A stretch of 64,000 bases of DNA, from assembly GCA_963826115.1 (NCBI GenBank), contig CAWGVS010000005.1, positions 768,001 through 832,000 on the forward strand, given 5' to 3'. The translations under genes and the position numbers were made by a program. Below the pieces are notes generated by a model. It was given only the letters and a program-made list of their open reading frames with translations, had not been told where the DNA came from and ran no database searches. Below, in pieces: positions 1-8,869 of this stretch (its first letter is position 1; the number at the start of each line of letters is the position of its first letter). The stretch comes from an uncultured Candidatus Rokubacteria bacterium. Its GTDB lineage: Bacteria; Methylomirabilota; Methylomirabilia; Rokubacteriales; DASRDR01.

Positions 1-33
1 GGCGCTCGCGGTCACGAATCTCAGGATGCGCAT
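1..33 (-). CDS. 5' end of a probable ABC substrate-binding protein (runs off window edge)
   Basis: ATG at 33 with GAAGGAG SD upstream; MRILRFVTASA looks like a signal-peptide start; directly downstream of an ABC permease. Confidence 0.5.
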   Translation of the reverse strand, partial: MRILRFVTASA

Positions 34-59
34 GGTCTTCTCCTTCATCGAAGCGTTGA

Positions 60-854
60 CTAGATCGTCGTGCCGCCGGCGTCGGCGACGCGGCGGGACA
101 CATGCCACGGAATCGCGATGCGCTCGACCAGCTCGACCGCGCCGTAGAGCAGCAGGCCCATGGCGCAGAGCACGAGGATGACGCCGAAGGTCATGGGGGT
201 GTTCATGTTGTTGGAGTGCTCGATCAGCTGGTAGCCGAGCCCGCGGTCCGACGCAACGAACTCGGCGACCACGGCCGCGGTGGCCGACAGCGCCGCCGCG
301 ACCTTGATTCCGGTGAAGATCAGGGGCAACGCGTGCGGCAGCTGGACCATGCGGAAGACCCGCCAGCCTGAGGCGCCGGTCGAGCGGGCGAGGTCCATGA
401 TCTCGGGGTCGACGGACTTGAGGGCCTGGATCGAGTTGAGCAGCACGGGGAAGAACGAGAGCAGGAAGACCAGCAGCACCTTGGGCGTCAGCCCGTAGCC
501 GATCCAGATCAGGAACAGGGGCGCCACCGCGATCTTGGGCACGATCTGCAGGAACAGCACGACCGGGTAGACCAGCGCTTCGAGCCGGCGCGAGAACGCG
601 ACCAGCACTGCGAGCGCGACCCCGATCACCACCGCCACCGCGAAGCCGATCAGCATCGCCTCGCCGGTGTAGAGCGTGCCGCTGACCACGGTGGCCCAGC
701 GTTTGGCCATCTCCGCCGGGATCGCGGAGGGCGCGGGCAGGATGTAGGGCTTGATCGCGAGCCAGCGGACGAGGAATTCCCAGAGCAGCAGGAACCCGCC
801 CAGCCCGGCCACGATCAGCCCGGCCTGCCGCCAGCGTTCGGTGCGCGTGTTCAG
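60..854 (-). CDS. NitT/TauT-family ABC transporter permease
   Basis: Hydrophobic protein with ILPAPS and an EAA-like loop (DLARSTGASGWRVF..VQLPHALP). ORF track starts at GTG 812; an in-frame CTG at 854 with a GGAGG SD is the likelier start. Confidence 0.9.
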   Translation of the reverse strand: MNTRTERWRQAGLIVAGLGGFLLLWEFLVRWLAIKPYILPAPSAIPAEMAKRWATVVSGTLYTGEAMLIGFAVAVVIGVALAVLVAFSRRLEALVYPVVLFLQIVPKIAVAPLFLIWIGYGLTPKVLLVFLLSFFPVLLNSIQALKSVDPEIMDLARSTGASGWRVFRMVQLPHALPLIFTGIKVAAALSATAAVVAEFVASDRGLGYQLIEHSNNMNTPMTFGVILVLCAMGLLLYGAVELVERIAIPWHVSRRVADAGGTTI

Positions 855-886
855 TCCCCGATCCTCCGCACAAGGTGTCTTTCCGG

Positions 887-924
887 TTGACGCGATCGTA
901 GCGGGTGGAACACCATGCCGTCAA
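887..924. promoter_or_regulatory. Overlapping divergent sigma70-like promoters
   Basis: Minus: TTGACG(924-919)-18-TACGAT(900-895). Plus: TTGACG(887-892)-18-CACCAT(911-916). Confidence 0.5.
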
Positions 925-1162
925 TGTCGACGATCCGCTCCGACCGTGACCGCGCGATCCAGGTGGTCGTCGGCCCCTGCGCGATCGCCGACAGGCTCTC
1001 GCCGGCCAGCAGCTCGAGGCTCGCCGAAGGCGACGTGTCGCGAAGCGAGCGTTCGCACGGCTTCGGGCCTGCCGACGCCCGCGGAGTGTGCAGAGTAAGC
1101 GTCGTCGGGCCGATGTTGCACGCGGCGCCGGCGCGCACCTCCGGCCGGTGGGAGGCGAGGAC

Positions 1163-1987
1163 ATGAGCGCTGTGCCCGCCGCCGCTTCCTCGGGCGAGCC
1201 CGGCATCGCGGTCCGCGGCGTCTCGAAGGTCTTCCGTCGTGGCCCGCTCGAGACGCTGGCGCTCGACGATGTCTCGCTCGAGGTCTCGCGGGGCGAGTTC
1301 GTGGCGATCGTCGGGCCCTCTGGCTGCGGCAAGTCGACGCTGATGCGCCTGGTCGCCGGGCTGATCCTGCCATCGAAGGGCGAGCTCGCGGTGTTCGGGC
1401 GGCGCGTCGCCGGGCCGGTCACCGATCTCGGCATCGTCTTCCAGAGCCCGATCCTGCTCGACTGGCGCGACGTGCTCGCCAACGTGCTGTTTCAGGTCGA
1501 GATCCGGGGATTGCGCGCCGCGGAGTACCGTGACCGCGCGCGGATGCTGCTCGCGCAGGTCGGCCTCGCCGAGTTCACCGACCGCTACCCGCACGAGCTG
1601 TCGGGCGGCATGCGGCAGCGCACCGCGATCGCGCGGGCGCTGCTGCACGACCCGCCGCTGCTGATGATGGACGAGCCCTTCGGCGCGCTCGACGCCCTGA
1701 CGCGCGAACAGATGCGGCTCGACCTCGAGCGCATCTGGATCGACGCGCGCAAGACCGTGCTGTTCATCACTCACTCGATCGACGAGGCGGTGCTGCTCGC
1801 CGACCGCGTGGCGGTGATGAGCCCGCGCCCGGGACGGATCGAACGCATCCTCGAGATCGGGATCCCGCGCCCGCGCGGGCTCGCCGGGCGCAAGCACCCG
1901 CGCTTTCTCGAAGCGGTCGACGAGGTGACGCAGATCTTCCTCGCCCGTGGGGTGCTCCACCGCGCGGACGGCCCGGCAGCGTCATGA
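1163..1987 (+). CDS. NitT/TauT-family ABC transporter ATP-binding protein
   Basis: Walker A GPSGCGKS, signature LSGGMRQR, Walker B LLMMDEPF, ITHS switch; ATG 1163 after GGAGG/GAGG. Confidence 0.95.
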   Translation: MSAVPAAASSGEPGIAVRGVSKVFRRGPLETLALDDVSLEVSRGEFVAIVGPSGCGKSTLMRLVAGLILPSKGELAVFGRRVAGPVTDLGIVFQSPILLDWRDVLANVLFQVEIRGLRAAEYRDRARMLLAQVGLAEFTDRYPHELSGGMRQRTAIARALLHDPPLLMMDEPFGALDALTREQMRLDLERIWIDARKTVLFITHSIDEAVLLADRVAVMSPRPGRIERILEIGIPRPRGLAGRKHPRFLEAVDEVTQIFLARGVLHRADGPAAS

Positions 1988-2140
1988 GCGGCGGGGCGCT
2001 GGCGAGAAGCGGCGAAGCGTCGCGACGCGACTTCTCGCGAGCGGGCCTGACTGCGGGCGCTAGCAACGGGGTGCGTTGTCCGGTCGGCGCCCGTCGTGGC
2101 CGAAGTCGCGGGAGTCGGCCAGGGATCAAATGCGCGTAGG

Positions 2141-2566
2141 CTAGCCGGGTCGCCTCTTGCTCGCTCGCCGGGCTGGCGTGATCTTGGCCTCGAGATTGAG
2201 CGCCACGGCGGCGCGGATGAGATCCTTCAGGGCCGCCTCGTCGACCTTCTCGCCCTCTCGGATGTCGATGGCGCGCCGGACATGTCCGTCGAGGCTCGCG
2301 TTGAAGAGACCTGAGGGATCCTTCAACGCGGCGCCCTTGGGAAAGGTCATCTTGACGACGTTCCTGTACGTCTCTCCCGTGCAGACGATGCCGCCGTGGG
2401 ACCAGACGGGGGTCCCCATCCACTTCCACTCTTCGACGATCTCGGGATCTGCGTCGTGTATGAGCGCGCGCGCTGTCGCGAGCGTCTTCCCGCGCCAGTC
2501 CCCGAGTGCCTTGATCTTCTCGGCGATCAGTGCAGAGGCAGATTCCATCGGGACGGGTCTTTTCAT
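2141..2566 (-). CDS. DUF1801 (YdhG-like) domain protein
   Basis: DWRGKTL..ARALIHDADPEIVEEWKWMGTPVWSH..CTGETY..KGAALKDPSGLFN..RRAID motif. Confidence 0.85.
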   Translation of the reverse strand: MKRPVPMESASALIAEKIKALGDWRGKTLATARALIHDADPEIVEEWKWMGTPVWSHGGIVCTGETYRNVVKMTFPKGAALKDPSGLFNASLDGHVRRAIDIREGEKVDEAALKDLIRAAVALNLEAKITPARRASKRRPG

Positions 2567-2826
2567 GTGCGGGCCCTACGTCGCAGCTGGGCTAGCTGCG
2601 CTCAGCGTAACCTGAACCTCCTCGGGCGGAGTCACGATGCGACGTGTTCACGCTGGGCGATGGCAATCGACGCATGGTGGCGGAGTCGAGCATAGCCCGG
2701 CGTGATCGTGATTGTCACGGCCCGGTTGAGACAGGCTCGGACAGCGGGCGAGAGGTGTATCGTCGTCTGGACGACCCGAAGCGACTCCGCTCCCGGCCAC
2801 GATTCTTCCGAAAGGAGTGCGCCCGA

Positions 2827-3789
2827 ATGAAGGCCATCCGCGTCTCGGAATATGGCGGTCCGTCCGTGCTGAAGCTGGAAGAGGTCCCGAGTCCGGAGGC
2901 CGGGCCCAACCAGGTGCTCGTGCGGAATCACGCGGTCGGCGTGAACCCGGTCGACACCTACTTGCGCTCGAACACCGACAACCGGGGGCCGAAGCTGCCG
3001 TATACACCGGGTTCCGACGCGGCGGGAGTGGTGGAGGCGGTGGGCCCGGGCGTGGCCGACGTCAAGACCGGGGACCGCGTGTACGTCGGCGGGACCGCCA
3101 CCGGCGCCTATGCCGAGCTATCGGTCTGTCCGGATGCGGAGGTCCACCCGCTGCCCGCCAACGTGAGCTTCGCCCAGGGCGCGGCGGTGAATGCTCCGTA
3201 CGCCACCGCCTATCACGCCATCTTTCACCGCGCCCATGGAGAGGCGGGCGAGACGGTTCTCGTGCACGGCGCCAGCGGCGGGGTCGGGATCGGAGCCGTG
3301 CAGCTCGCGCGGGCCCGTGGGCTCACGGTGATAGGCACGGCCGGGTCCGACCGCGGCCGTCGCCTCGTGCTCGAGCAGGGCGCGCACCACGTGCTGGATC
3401 ACACGGCGCCGGGGTACCTCGACGAGCTCCTGCGTCTGACCGGCGGTCGGGGCCCCGACATCATCCTCGAGATGCTGGCCAACGTGAACCTCCAGAAGGA
3501 CCTCGGAGTGATCGCCCTGCGGGGACGGATCGTGGTGATCGGCAATCGCGGCAACATCGAGATCAACGCCCGGCTCGCCATGAACAAGAACGCCGCCATC
3601 CTCGGCATGGCCCTCTTCCACGCGTCTCCCGCTCAGCTGGCCGGGATCCACGGCGCCCTCGGGGAGGGCCTGCGCAACGGGACGCTGCGGCCGGTGATCG
3701 GCCACGAGCTGCCGCTGGCTCAGGCCGCGCGCGCGCACGAGGTGGTCATGGAACCGGGCCACATGGGCAAGGTCGTGCTGATTCCGTAG
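2827..3789 (+). CDS. NADPH:quinone oxidoreductase (MDR superfamily, zeta-crystallin/Qor-like)
   Basis: MKAIRV..GGPSVL, GVNPVD, PYTPGSDAAG, HGASGGVG nucleotide-binding loop, GKVVL end; ATG 2827 after AAGGAG. Confidence 0.93.
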   Translation: MKAIRVSEYGGPSVLKLEEVPSPEAGPNQVLVRNHAVGVNPVDTYLRSNTDNRGPKLPYTPGSDAAGVVEAVGPGVADVKTGDRVYVGGTATGAYAELSVCPDAEVHPLPANVSFAQGAAVNAPYATAYHAIFHRAHGEAGETVLVHGASGGVGIGAVQLARARGLTVIGTAGSDRGRRLVLEQGAHHVLDHTAPGYLDELLRLTGGRGPDIILEMLANVNLQKDLGVIALRGRIVVIGNRGNIEINARLAMNKNAAILGMALFHASPAQLAGIHGALGEGLRNGTLRPVIGHELPLAQAARAHEVVMEPGHMGKVVLIP

Positions 3790-3889
3790 GCGAGGGCCTA
3801 GCGGCTCGCCGAGCGTAGACCAACGAAGCGCGGCGTGGGAGTGGAAAGCGCTTGACGGATCGTATGGACGGCATGAGGATGTGGGCCTC

Positions 3890-4753
3890 ATGGCCATGTT
3901 TCGTTACGGTTACGACGGTTCGGAGAGCGAGCGCGAGACGACGACGGAGGCGAGACCGCCGCGGCATGTGGCGATCCGTCGAGCTGACGCGCCGATCCTG
4001 TGGTGGTGGTCCTTCCTGTTCGTGGCGTCAGTGGGCAATCTGGTCTTGTGGGTCGCCATCGCCCGTGCCATGCGCGCCCCCTTCGACGCCTACGTCACCC
4101 AGCAGCTCTGGCTGTCCGGCATTTTCGCTCTTGCCTGCGCGTTTCGTTCGGTGCTCCCGCGGGTCGACCTGGAGCGGCAGTGCCTGTGGGACTCGCCCCT
4201 TTCGTCGATCTTCGTGGGCCGGAGCGTCGCGACGGTGGCCGAGCTCTGCTTCGCGGTACAGTGCGCGCTGCTCGTGGCGAAGCTGTCCACGCTGACCGGG
4301 CATCCCTTGCTGCAGATGGTGGCCTGGTCGATCGTGCCGCTCATCGTCATTGCCCAGGCGTGCTGCTGGTTCGCCGTGATCAGCCTGAATCACCTCGGCC
4401 ACGCCGTCGAGGAGATCCTCTGGTCAGTCATGGTGGTTCTCGTGGCGATCAGCCTGGGGCTGAGCTGGGGACACATGGCGACGGGGATCAGGATCCTGAG
4501 CGCGGTCGGGATGGTGGCGTGCGCGGGGGCGGTTGTCCTGATGCTGGCCGTGGACGTTCCCATGTACTTCGCCCGATGGCGGCAGGGGAGGCGGAGCGGC
4601 GTCCGGTATCTTCCCGTGATGGAGGGTCTTCGGGATGCCCTCCAGCGCCGGCGGGTTGCCCGCCGCTGGAGCGAGTGGAGACCCGAGGTCCCCTGGATGA
4701 GCCTCTACTTCACCGCGGGAGTCTGGATCAGCTTCTGCCTCGTCTTCGCCTGA
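3890..4753 (+). CDS. Polytopic membrane protein of unknown function
   Basis: About 7 hydrophobic segments; start ATG 3890 or 3896 (GAGGA upstream). Confidence 0.75.
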   Translation: MAMFRYGYDGSESERETTTEARPPRHVAIRRADAPILWWWSFLFVASVGNLVLWVAIARAMRAPFDAYVTQQLWLSGIFALACAFRSVLPRVDLERQCLWDSPLSSIFVGRSVATVAELCFAVQCALLVAKLSTLTGHPLLQMVAWSIVPLIVIAQACCWFAVISLNHLGHAVEEILWSVMVVLVAISLGLSWGHMATGIRILSAVGMVACAGAVVLMLAVDVPMYFARWRQGRRSGVRYLPVMEGLRDALQRRRVARRWSEWRPEVPWMSLYFTAGVWISFCLVFA

Positions 4754-4833
4754 GCGAGGCGACTGCCTCGACTTGCGGCGTGCCCTGCGAGAGGCGGCGG
4801 CAGCGGGCGGGTCTCGCCGGCTGCCGCGGCCGA

Positions 4834-5015
4834 TCAGTGGCCGTGCTGGTCGCGCTGCCCGCGAATCTCGTCGCCGGTTCGGATCTCGGTGTGCACGTTT
4901 GACGTAGGTCACCCCGGCGCGAATCGCCCGCACCAGTTTCGCGAACTCGCCGGCGGCGATCCCCTGGGCGGCCGCCCCGGCGCCGACGTTGGCCGGTGTG
5001 ACCGTGTCGGTGATC
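4834..5015 (-). pseudogene. Frameshifted C-terminal remnant of a CHRD-domain gene
   Basis: ITDTVTPANVGAGAAAQGIAAGEFAKLVRAIRAGVTYV; removing one A from GTCAAACGTG gives NVHTEIRTGDEIRGQRDQHGH*, matching the CHRD YVNVHT..GEIRGQ motif; no 5' part. Confidence 0.7.
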
Positions 5016-5024
5016 GCACGGCGC

Positions 5025-5306
5025 CTACCTCGGCTGCGGCGGTCCGTAGCGCTCGAGCGGATTCGTCTCCCGGGCGGGGTCCCAGATGGGCACGAGGTGC
5101 CACCAGCCCCGGCCCACCGGCACCGGGATGTACTCGGTCGTGCAGCCGCACCAGTCCGGGATGTGGAGGGTCTGGGGCGGCGTCCAGCCGTGAGGACGGA
5201 GATCGCTCGTCCGGAGCCGCATCGGCGCGACGTCACGGCCGCATGTCCAGCACGCCCGCGTCGGGCGGGGCCGACCGGCGCCGTCGAGCCAGATCGGCGG
5301 GACCAT
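5025..5306 (-). CDS. Small hypothetical protein with CxxC and CxC motifs (possible zinc ribbon)
   Basis: 93 aa, CWTC..WCGC, Trp/Pro-rich; TAGGGT -10 hexamer 7 nt before ATG (leaderless layout). Confidence 0.55.
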   Translation of the reverse strand: MVPPIWLDGAGRPRPTRACWTCGRDVAPMRLRTSDLRPHGWTPPQTLHIPDWCGCTTEYIPVPVGRGWWHLVPIWDPARETNPLERYGPPQPR

Positions 5307-5488
5307 GGCGCCGACCCTACCGCGGTCGAGCGGCGGGCGCCAGACAGCCCCCCGCGGCGCCTGGCACCCCGGTCTGTGGCAATGTCGAAGTGACGTGTGG
5401 TCGCGCGACTAGGGGACAGAGGGCAGCGGGTCGGACCCGGGTGGGTCTGTCCGCTGGCCGACGACCCAATAGCTGAAAGGAGCACGAC

Positions 5489-5971
5489 ATGGCCAAGCCG
5501 ATCCGCGATGGGTTCCACACCGCGACGCCGTACCTGACCGTCAAGGGCGCTGCCAGGGCGCTCGAGTTCTACAAGCGGGCGTTCGGCGCGCACGAGACCG
5601 ACCGCATGACGACCCCCGACGGCCAGAGCGTGATGCACGCCGAGATCCGGATCGGGGACTCGATGCTGATGCTGTGCGACGAGTTCCCGCAGCCGGGGAG
5701 CGGCCGCTCGCCCGAGACGCTGGGCGGCACCACGTCGGCCGTCTTCCTCTACGTGCCGGACGTGGACGCCGCCTTCAAGCGGGCGATCGACGCGGGCGCC
5801 AAGGCGGTCATGCCGCCGACCGACATGTTCTGGGGCGACCGGTTCGCCAAGCTCGCCGACCCCTTCGGCCACCAGTGGGCGATGGCGACCCACAAGGAGG
5901 ACCTGAGCCGCGAGGAGATCCAGAAGCGCGGCGCGGCGGCGATGGCCGCCATGGCCAACCAGAAGGCCTGA
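5489..5971 (+). CDS. VOC/glyoxalase family protein (PhnB-like)
   Basis: TPYLTVKGAARALEFYKRAFGA, MHAEIRIGDS, DMFWGDRFAKLADPFGHQW; AAAGGAG SD. Confidence 0.93.
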   Translation: MAKPIRDGFHTATPYLTVKGAARALEFYKRAFGAHETDRMTTPDGQSVMHAEIRIGDSMLMLCDEFPQPGSGRSPETLGGTTSAVFLYVPDVDAAFKRAIDAGAKAVMPPTDMFWGDRFAKLADPFGHQWAMATHKEDLSREEIQKRGAAAMAAMANQKA

Positions 5972-6040
5972 CCGCGGGCGCGGCGGGGGAGCCGACGGGA
6001 TGACGCCGTTCTACGGGTGGGGATCGTCGGGGTCGGCTGC

Positions 6041-6154
6041 CGTGACTGCATCGGCGCCGCCACGATCGGGCTCGGGGCGGTGGCGATCGCCACCACCTTC
6101 CGCTCGCCGCGCGCGGTGCCGATGCCCCTGCCGGCGCCGAGCCTGGCCCGCTGA
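6041..6154 (+). pseudogene. Possible C-terminal remnant of a membrane transporter (MFS-like)
   Basis: IGAATIGLGAVAIATTFRSPRAVPMPLPAPSLAR* resembles a last TM helix plus tail; no credible start. Confidence 0.25.
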
Positions 6155-6235
6155 GTGGGCACGCCAGACATGCAGCGGGCCGGGCGCGCGTCGCCCGGCA
6201 GGGAAACCCGACGCTCAGCTCGCCGGGAAGCGGCG

Positions 6236-6469
6236 CTAGGCGGCGCCGCGGAGCTTCTCGAGGTACTTCGATAGCTTGGCGACCTCGACGTAGTCGTCCT
6301 GGCCGCCGGGGCTCGTGAGCCGGTAGCCGCGCTCACCGTCGTGCTTCCAGGCCGTGATCACGCCGGCCTGATACGCGGCGATGAGGGCCGCGCGATCGGT
6401 CGTGGAGATCTCGACGGGGGCCGGGGGCGCTGCCGTTGCCGCGCTCTTGGTCGACTTTCGCTTGGTCGT
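6236..6469 (-). CDS. Small hypothetical protein (77 aa) with apparent ACG start
   Basis: GAGGAGG SD 5 nt before ACG; strongly GC3-biased frame (M)TKRKSTKSAATAAPPAPVEISTTDRAALIAAYQAGVITAWKHDGERGYRLTSPGGQDDYVEVAKLSKYLEKLRGAA*; absent from ORF track. Confidence 0.65.
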   Translation of the reverse strand, partial: TTKRKSTKSAATAAPPAPVEISTTDRAALIAAYQAGVITAWKHDGERGYRLTSPGGQDDYVEVAKLSKYLEKLRGAA

Positions 6470-6700
6470 GGTGGCCTCCTCGCTCGGCTGCCCACCGGCC
6501 GGGACGGTCGATCGGAAGGCCGGGTGGGGCAGGGCGACGTTGGGGGAGGCCCGAGCCTCCCGGGCGTCAGATGCGTTGCTTCTGGCGCGCCGGACGGTGT
6601 CCGAGTCCTCCCGCTGATATTTCCAGTCTACACGATCCGTCCAGCCGAGCAGGCCAGCCGCCGGGGTGAGGTCGCCGGCGGGACGCCGGCGGGGGACCGC

Positions 6701-7660
6701 TCAGTTCCACTCCCCGCCGCGCCCGGCGAGCTTCCGCAGCTTGACCTTCACCCCCTCGGAGAGCCGGAAGCGCGCGATCTTGACCGGGTAGTAGGCGAGG
6801 GCGCCGAGGGACTGGAAGAAGATCCGGAACAGGGCGTGGGGCGGGAAGGTCGTGAGCGAGGCCGTGTCGGCCGGATGGACCCGCAGGTGCCCGCCCGGAC
6901 GGCCCACGCCCAGGAAGTCCAGGAGCTCCTTGCTCGGGTTCGGCGGCAAGAAGGACGGGTTCACCAGCAGGCGCTCCGTGTCGTCCGAGTCGGCGTCGAT
7001 CTCGAACCAGAACGAGATGCGCGGACGAGGCGCGCCCGTCCAGTAGGAGCCGCGGTGGACGGTCCGGATGTCGGCGAGGACGAGGTCGCCCGCCTTGCCG
7101 GAGGCGGCCACGAGCTTGTCTCCCCAGGTCTTCTGGACGAAGGAGTCCGTGAAGTTGCTCGACCCGAACTGGTGGGAGGCGTGGTGGCTCCCGGACGCGA
7201 ACTGCGTCGCGCCGTTGTCGGTGTCGATCAGGTACATGATGAACGCCAGCCCCTTCACGGGGGTCTTGCTGGTGTCCACCTTGTTGTCCGTGTGCCAGGG
7301 GAACTTGTAGTAGCGCCAGGTGCTGTAGACCCGGTGGCACTTGAGCCGCAGGTTCTTGCCGAGGTACGCCTCGGCGATGTCGCGGACCTTCTTCGACGTC
7401 AGGATGTCGAAGGCGGTCTTCGAGTAGGCGGCCACGTTCGAGAAGAAGAGCGCGTCGTCCTGATAGACCGGCGACAGCTCGTTCGAGTTCAGGCGGTGCG
7501 TGCCGACCAGGACTTCCTTGAGAGATGCGATCTGCTCCGCGGACAGGAACCCCGGGATGACCACGAAGCCGTCGCGGTCGAGCGCCTGGACGATCTCGTC
7601 CAGCGCGCTGGCGCGAACGGCCTGTCTCGGCTTCGGCGGCGACGCGACGACCCCGCTCAT
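6701..7660 (-). CDS. Phytanoyl-CoA dioxygenase (PhyH)-family Fe(II)/2OG oxygenase
   Basis: LDRDGFVVIPGFL, PWHTD (HxD), NGATQFASGSH, GDLVL..VHRG (distal His), RIS. Confidence 0.88.
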   Translation of the reverse strand: MSGVVASPPKPRQAVRASALDEIVQALDRDGFVVIPGFLSAEQIASLKEVLVGTHRLNSNELSPVYQDDALFFSNVAAYSKTAFDILTSKKVRDIAEAYLGKNLRLKCHRVYSTWRYYKFPWHTDNKVDTSKTPVKGLAFIMYLIDTDNGATQFASGSHHASHQFGSSNFTDSFVQKTWGDKLVAASGKAGDLVLADIRTVHRGSYWTGAPRPRISFWFEIDADSDDTERLLVNPSFLPPNPSKELLDFLGVGRPGGHLRVHPADTASLTTFPPHALFRIFFQSLGALAYYPVKIARFRLSEGVKVKLRKLAGRGGEWN

Positions 7661-7751
7661 CGGGTCCTAGTCTAGCGCAACTCCCCCACGTCGGGTCGCT
7701 TTCGGGGGTGTCGGATCGGGACCTCCGGCTCCGGACCGGCGGCCGCGCCGG

Positions 7752-8105
7752 TCAGGGGATCCGGAGGCCCGGGTTCGGGTCGGGGTTGTCCGGTCCGGGC
7801 GGGTCCAGCATCGGGGCGGGGTCGCCCGCCGCCCACTTCGCCCAGCGGCCCTGGGCGGCGACGCAGTCGTGGAAGTTCCGCTCGATGAGGGCCGCCTCGG
7901 GCCCCCGGGCCCAGACCTGCACGGCGCCGTAACGGTCCACGTCGAAGTGGGCGACGTCGGGCAGCGCCTGGCTGCACGCCTGACCCTTGGCTCGGAGGTC
8001 GGCGACGCGCTCGGGAGGCGCCGTGTCCACCGAGGCGCAGGCCGCGAGGAGCCCCATCGCGCCGAGAAGCACCGCGGAGTGCCGAGAACGCCGCACGGTC
8101 GCCAT
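7752..8105 (-). CDS. Putative lipoprotein
   Basis: Basic N-terminus, hydrophobic stretch, LAAC lipobox; ATG 8105 after GGAGG. Confidence 0.65.
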   Translation of the reverse strand: MATVRRSRHSAVLLGAMGLLAACASVDTAPPERVADLRAKGQACSQALPDVAHFDVDRYGAVQVWARGPEAALIERNFHDCVAAQGRWAKWAAGDPAPMLDPPGPDNPDPNPGLRIP

Positions 8106-8232
8106 ACGCCCTCCCGGGCGCGCCCCGCGCCGATCGCGCGCTGACGCCGCCCCTGACCTGACGCTACCAAGAGCCGGGCCGTAGCGCCACCGTGATGCGT
8201 GGCGCGCCGGCGGCACCGGTTAGTCTAGCGGT

Positions 8233-8838
8233 GTGATCCCCGAGGTGACCGGCCTCCTGACTCACTGGGGCTACCTCGCCATCTTCCTGGCCGTGGTGAT
8301 CGGCAACGTCGGCTTCCCGGTCCCGGAGGAGACGGTCCTGGCGGTCGGTGGCTACCTCGCGCAGCGGGGCGAGATGCGCCTCTCCCTGGTCCTGGCGGTC
8401 GGCGTCGTGAGTGCGGTCGCCGGGGACAGCCTGGGCTACTGGGTCGGCCGGCGCTACGGACGGGCGGCGATCGAGCGCTACTCCCGGCTGGCCTTCGCGA
8501 CACCCGCCCGCCTCGAGAAGGTGTCGAGCTTCGTGCGGCGCTACGGCGGCCGCGCGGTCTTCGGGGCGCGATTCGTGACGGGGCTGCGCTGCCTCGCGGG
8601 CCCGCTCGCGGGCGCGACCGGGCTGCCGCCCCGGACCTTCGTGACCGCGAACGTCCTCGGCGCGCTCCTCTACATCCCGTACGCCGTGGGCATCGGGTAC
8701 GCGGTCGGCTACGGCTTCGGCGACGACATCGAGCGGGCGCTCGGCCGCGTGGGGTGGATCGCCCTCGCCGCCGTCGCGCTCGCGGCGTCGGCCGTCGCGC
8801 TGGTCCGGTTCGTTCGCGCCCGCCGCGCGGCCCGCTGA
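8233..8838 (+). CDS. DedA family membrane protein
   Basis: GFPVPEETVLAVGG, GDSLGYWVGRRYG, ARFVTGLR..AG motifs. Confidence 0.92.
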   Translation: MIPEVTGLLTHWGYLAIFLAVVIGNVGFPVPEETVLAVGGYLAQRGEMRLSLVLAVGVVSAVAGDSLGYWVGRRYGRAAIERYSRLAFATPARLEKVSSFVRRYGGRAVFGARFVTGLRCLAGPLAGATGLPPRTFVTANVLGALLYIPYAVGIGYAVGYGFGDDIERALGRVGWIALAAVALAASAVALVRFVRARRAAR

Positions 8839-8869
8839 GCGTGGGCGCGCGGGCGGAGGCGCCCGGTCC

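Noticed and set aside
6236-7660. Stop-codon read-through fusing phyH to the ACG ORF (same frame, single TGA)
   Set aside because: The intervening 77 codons are low-complexity and not coding-like, open frames are common at this GC content, and a strong SD precedes the ACG
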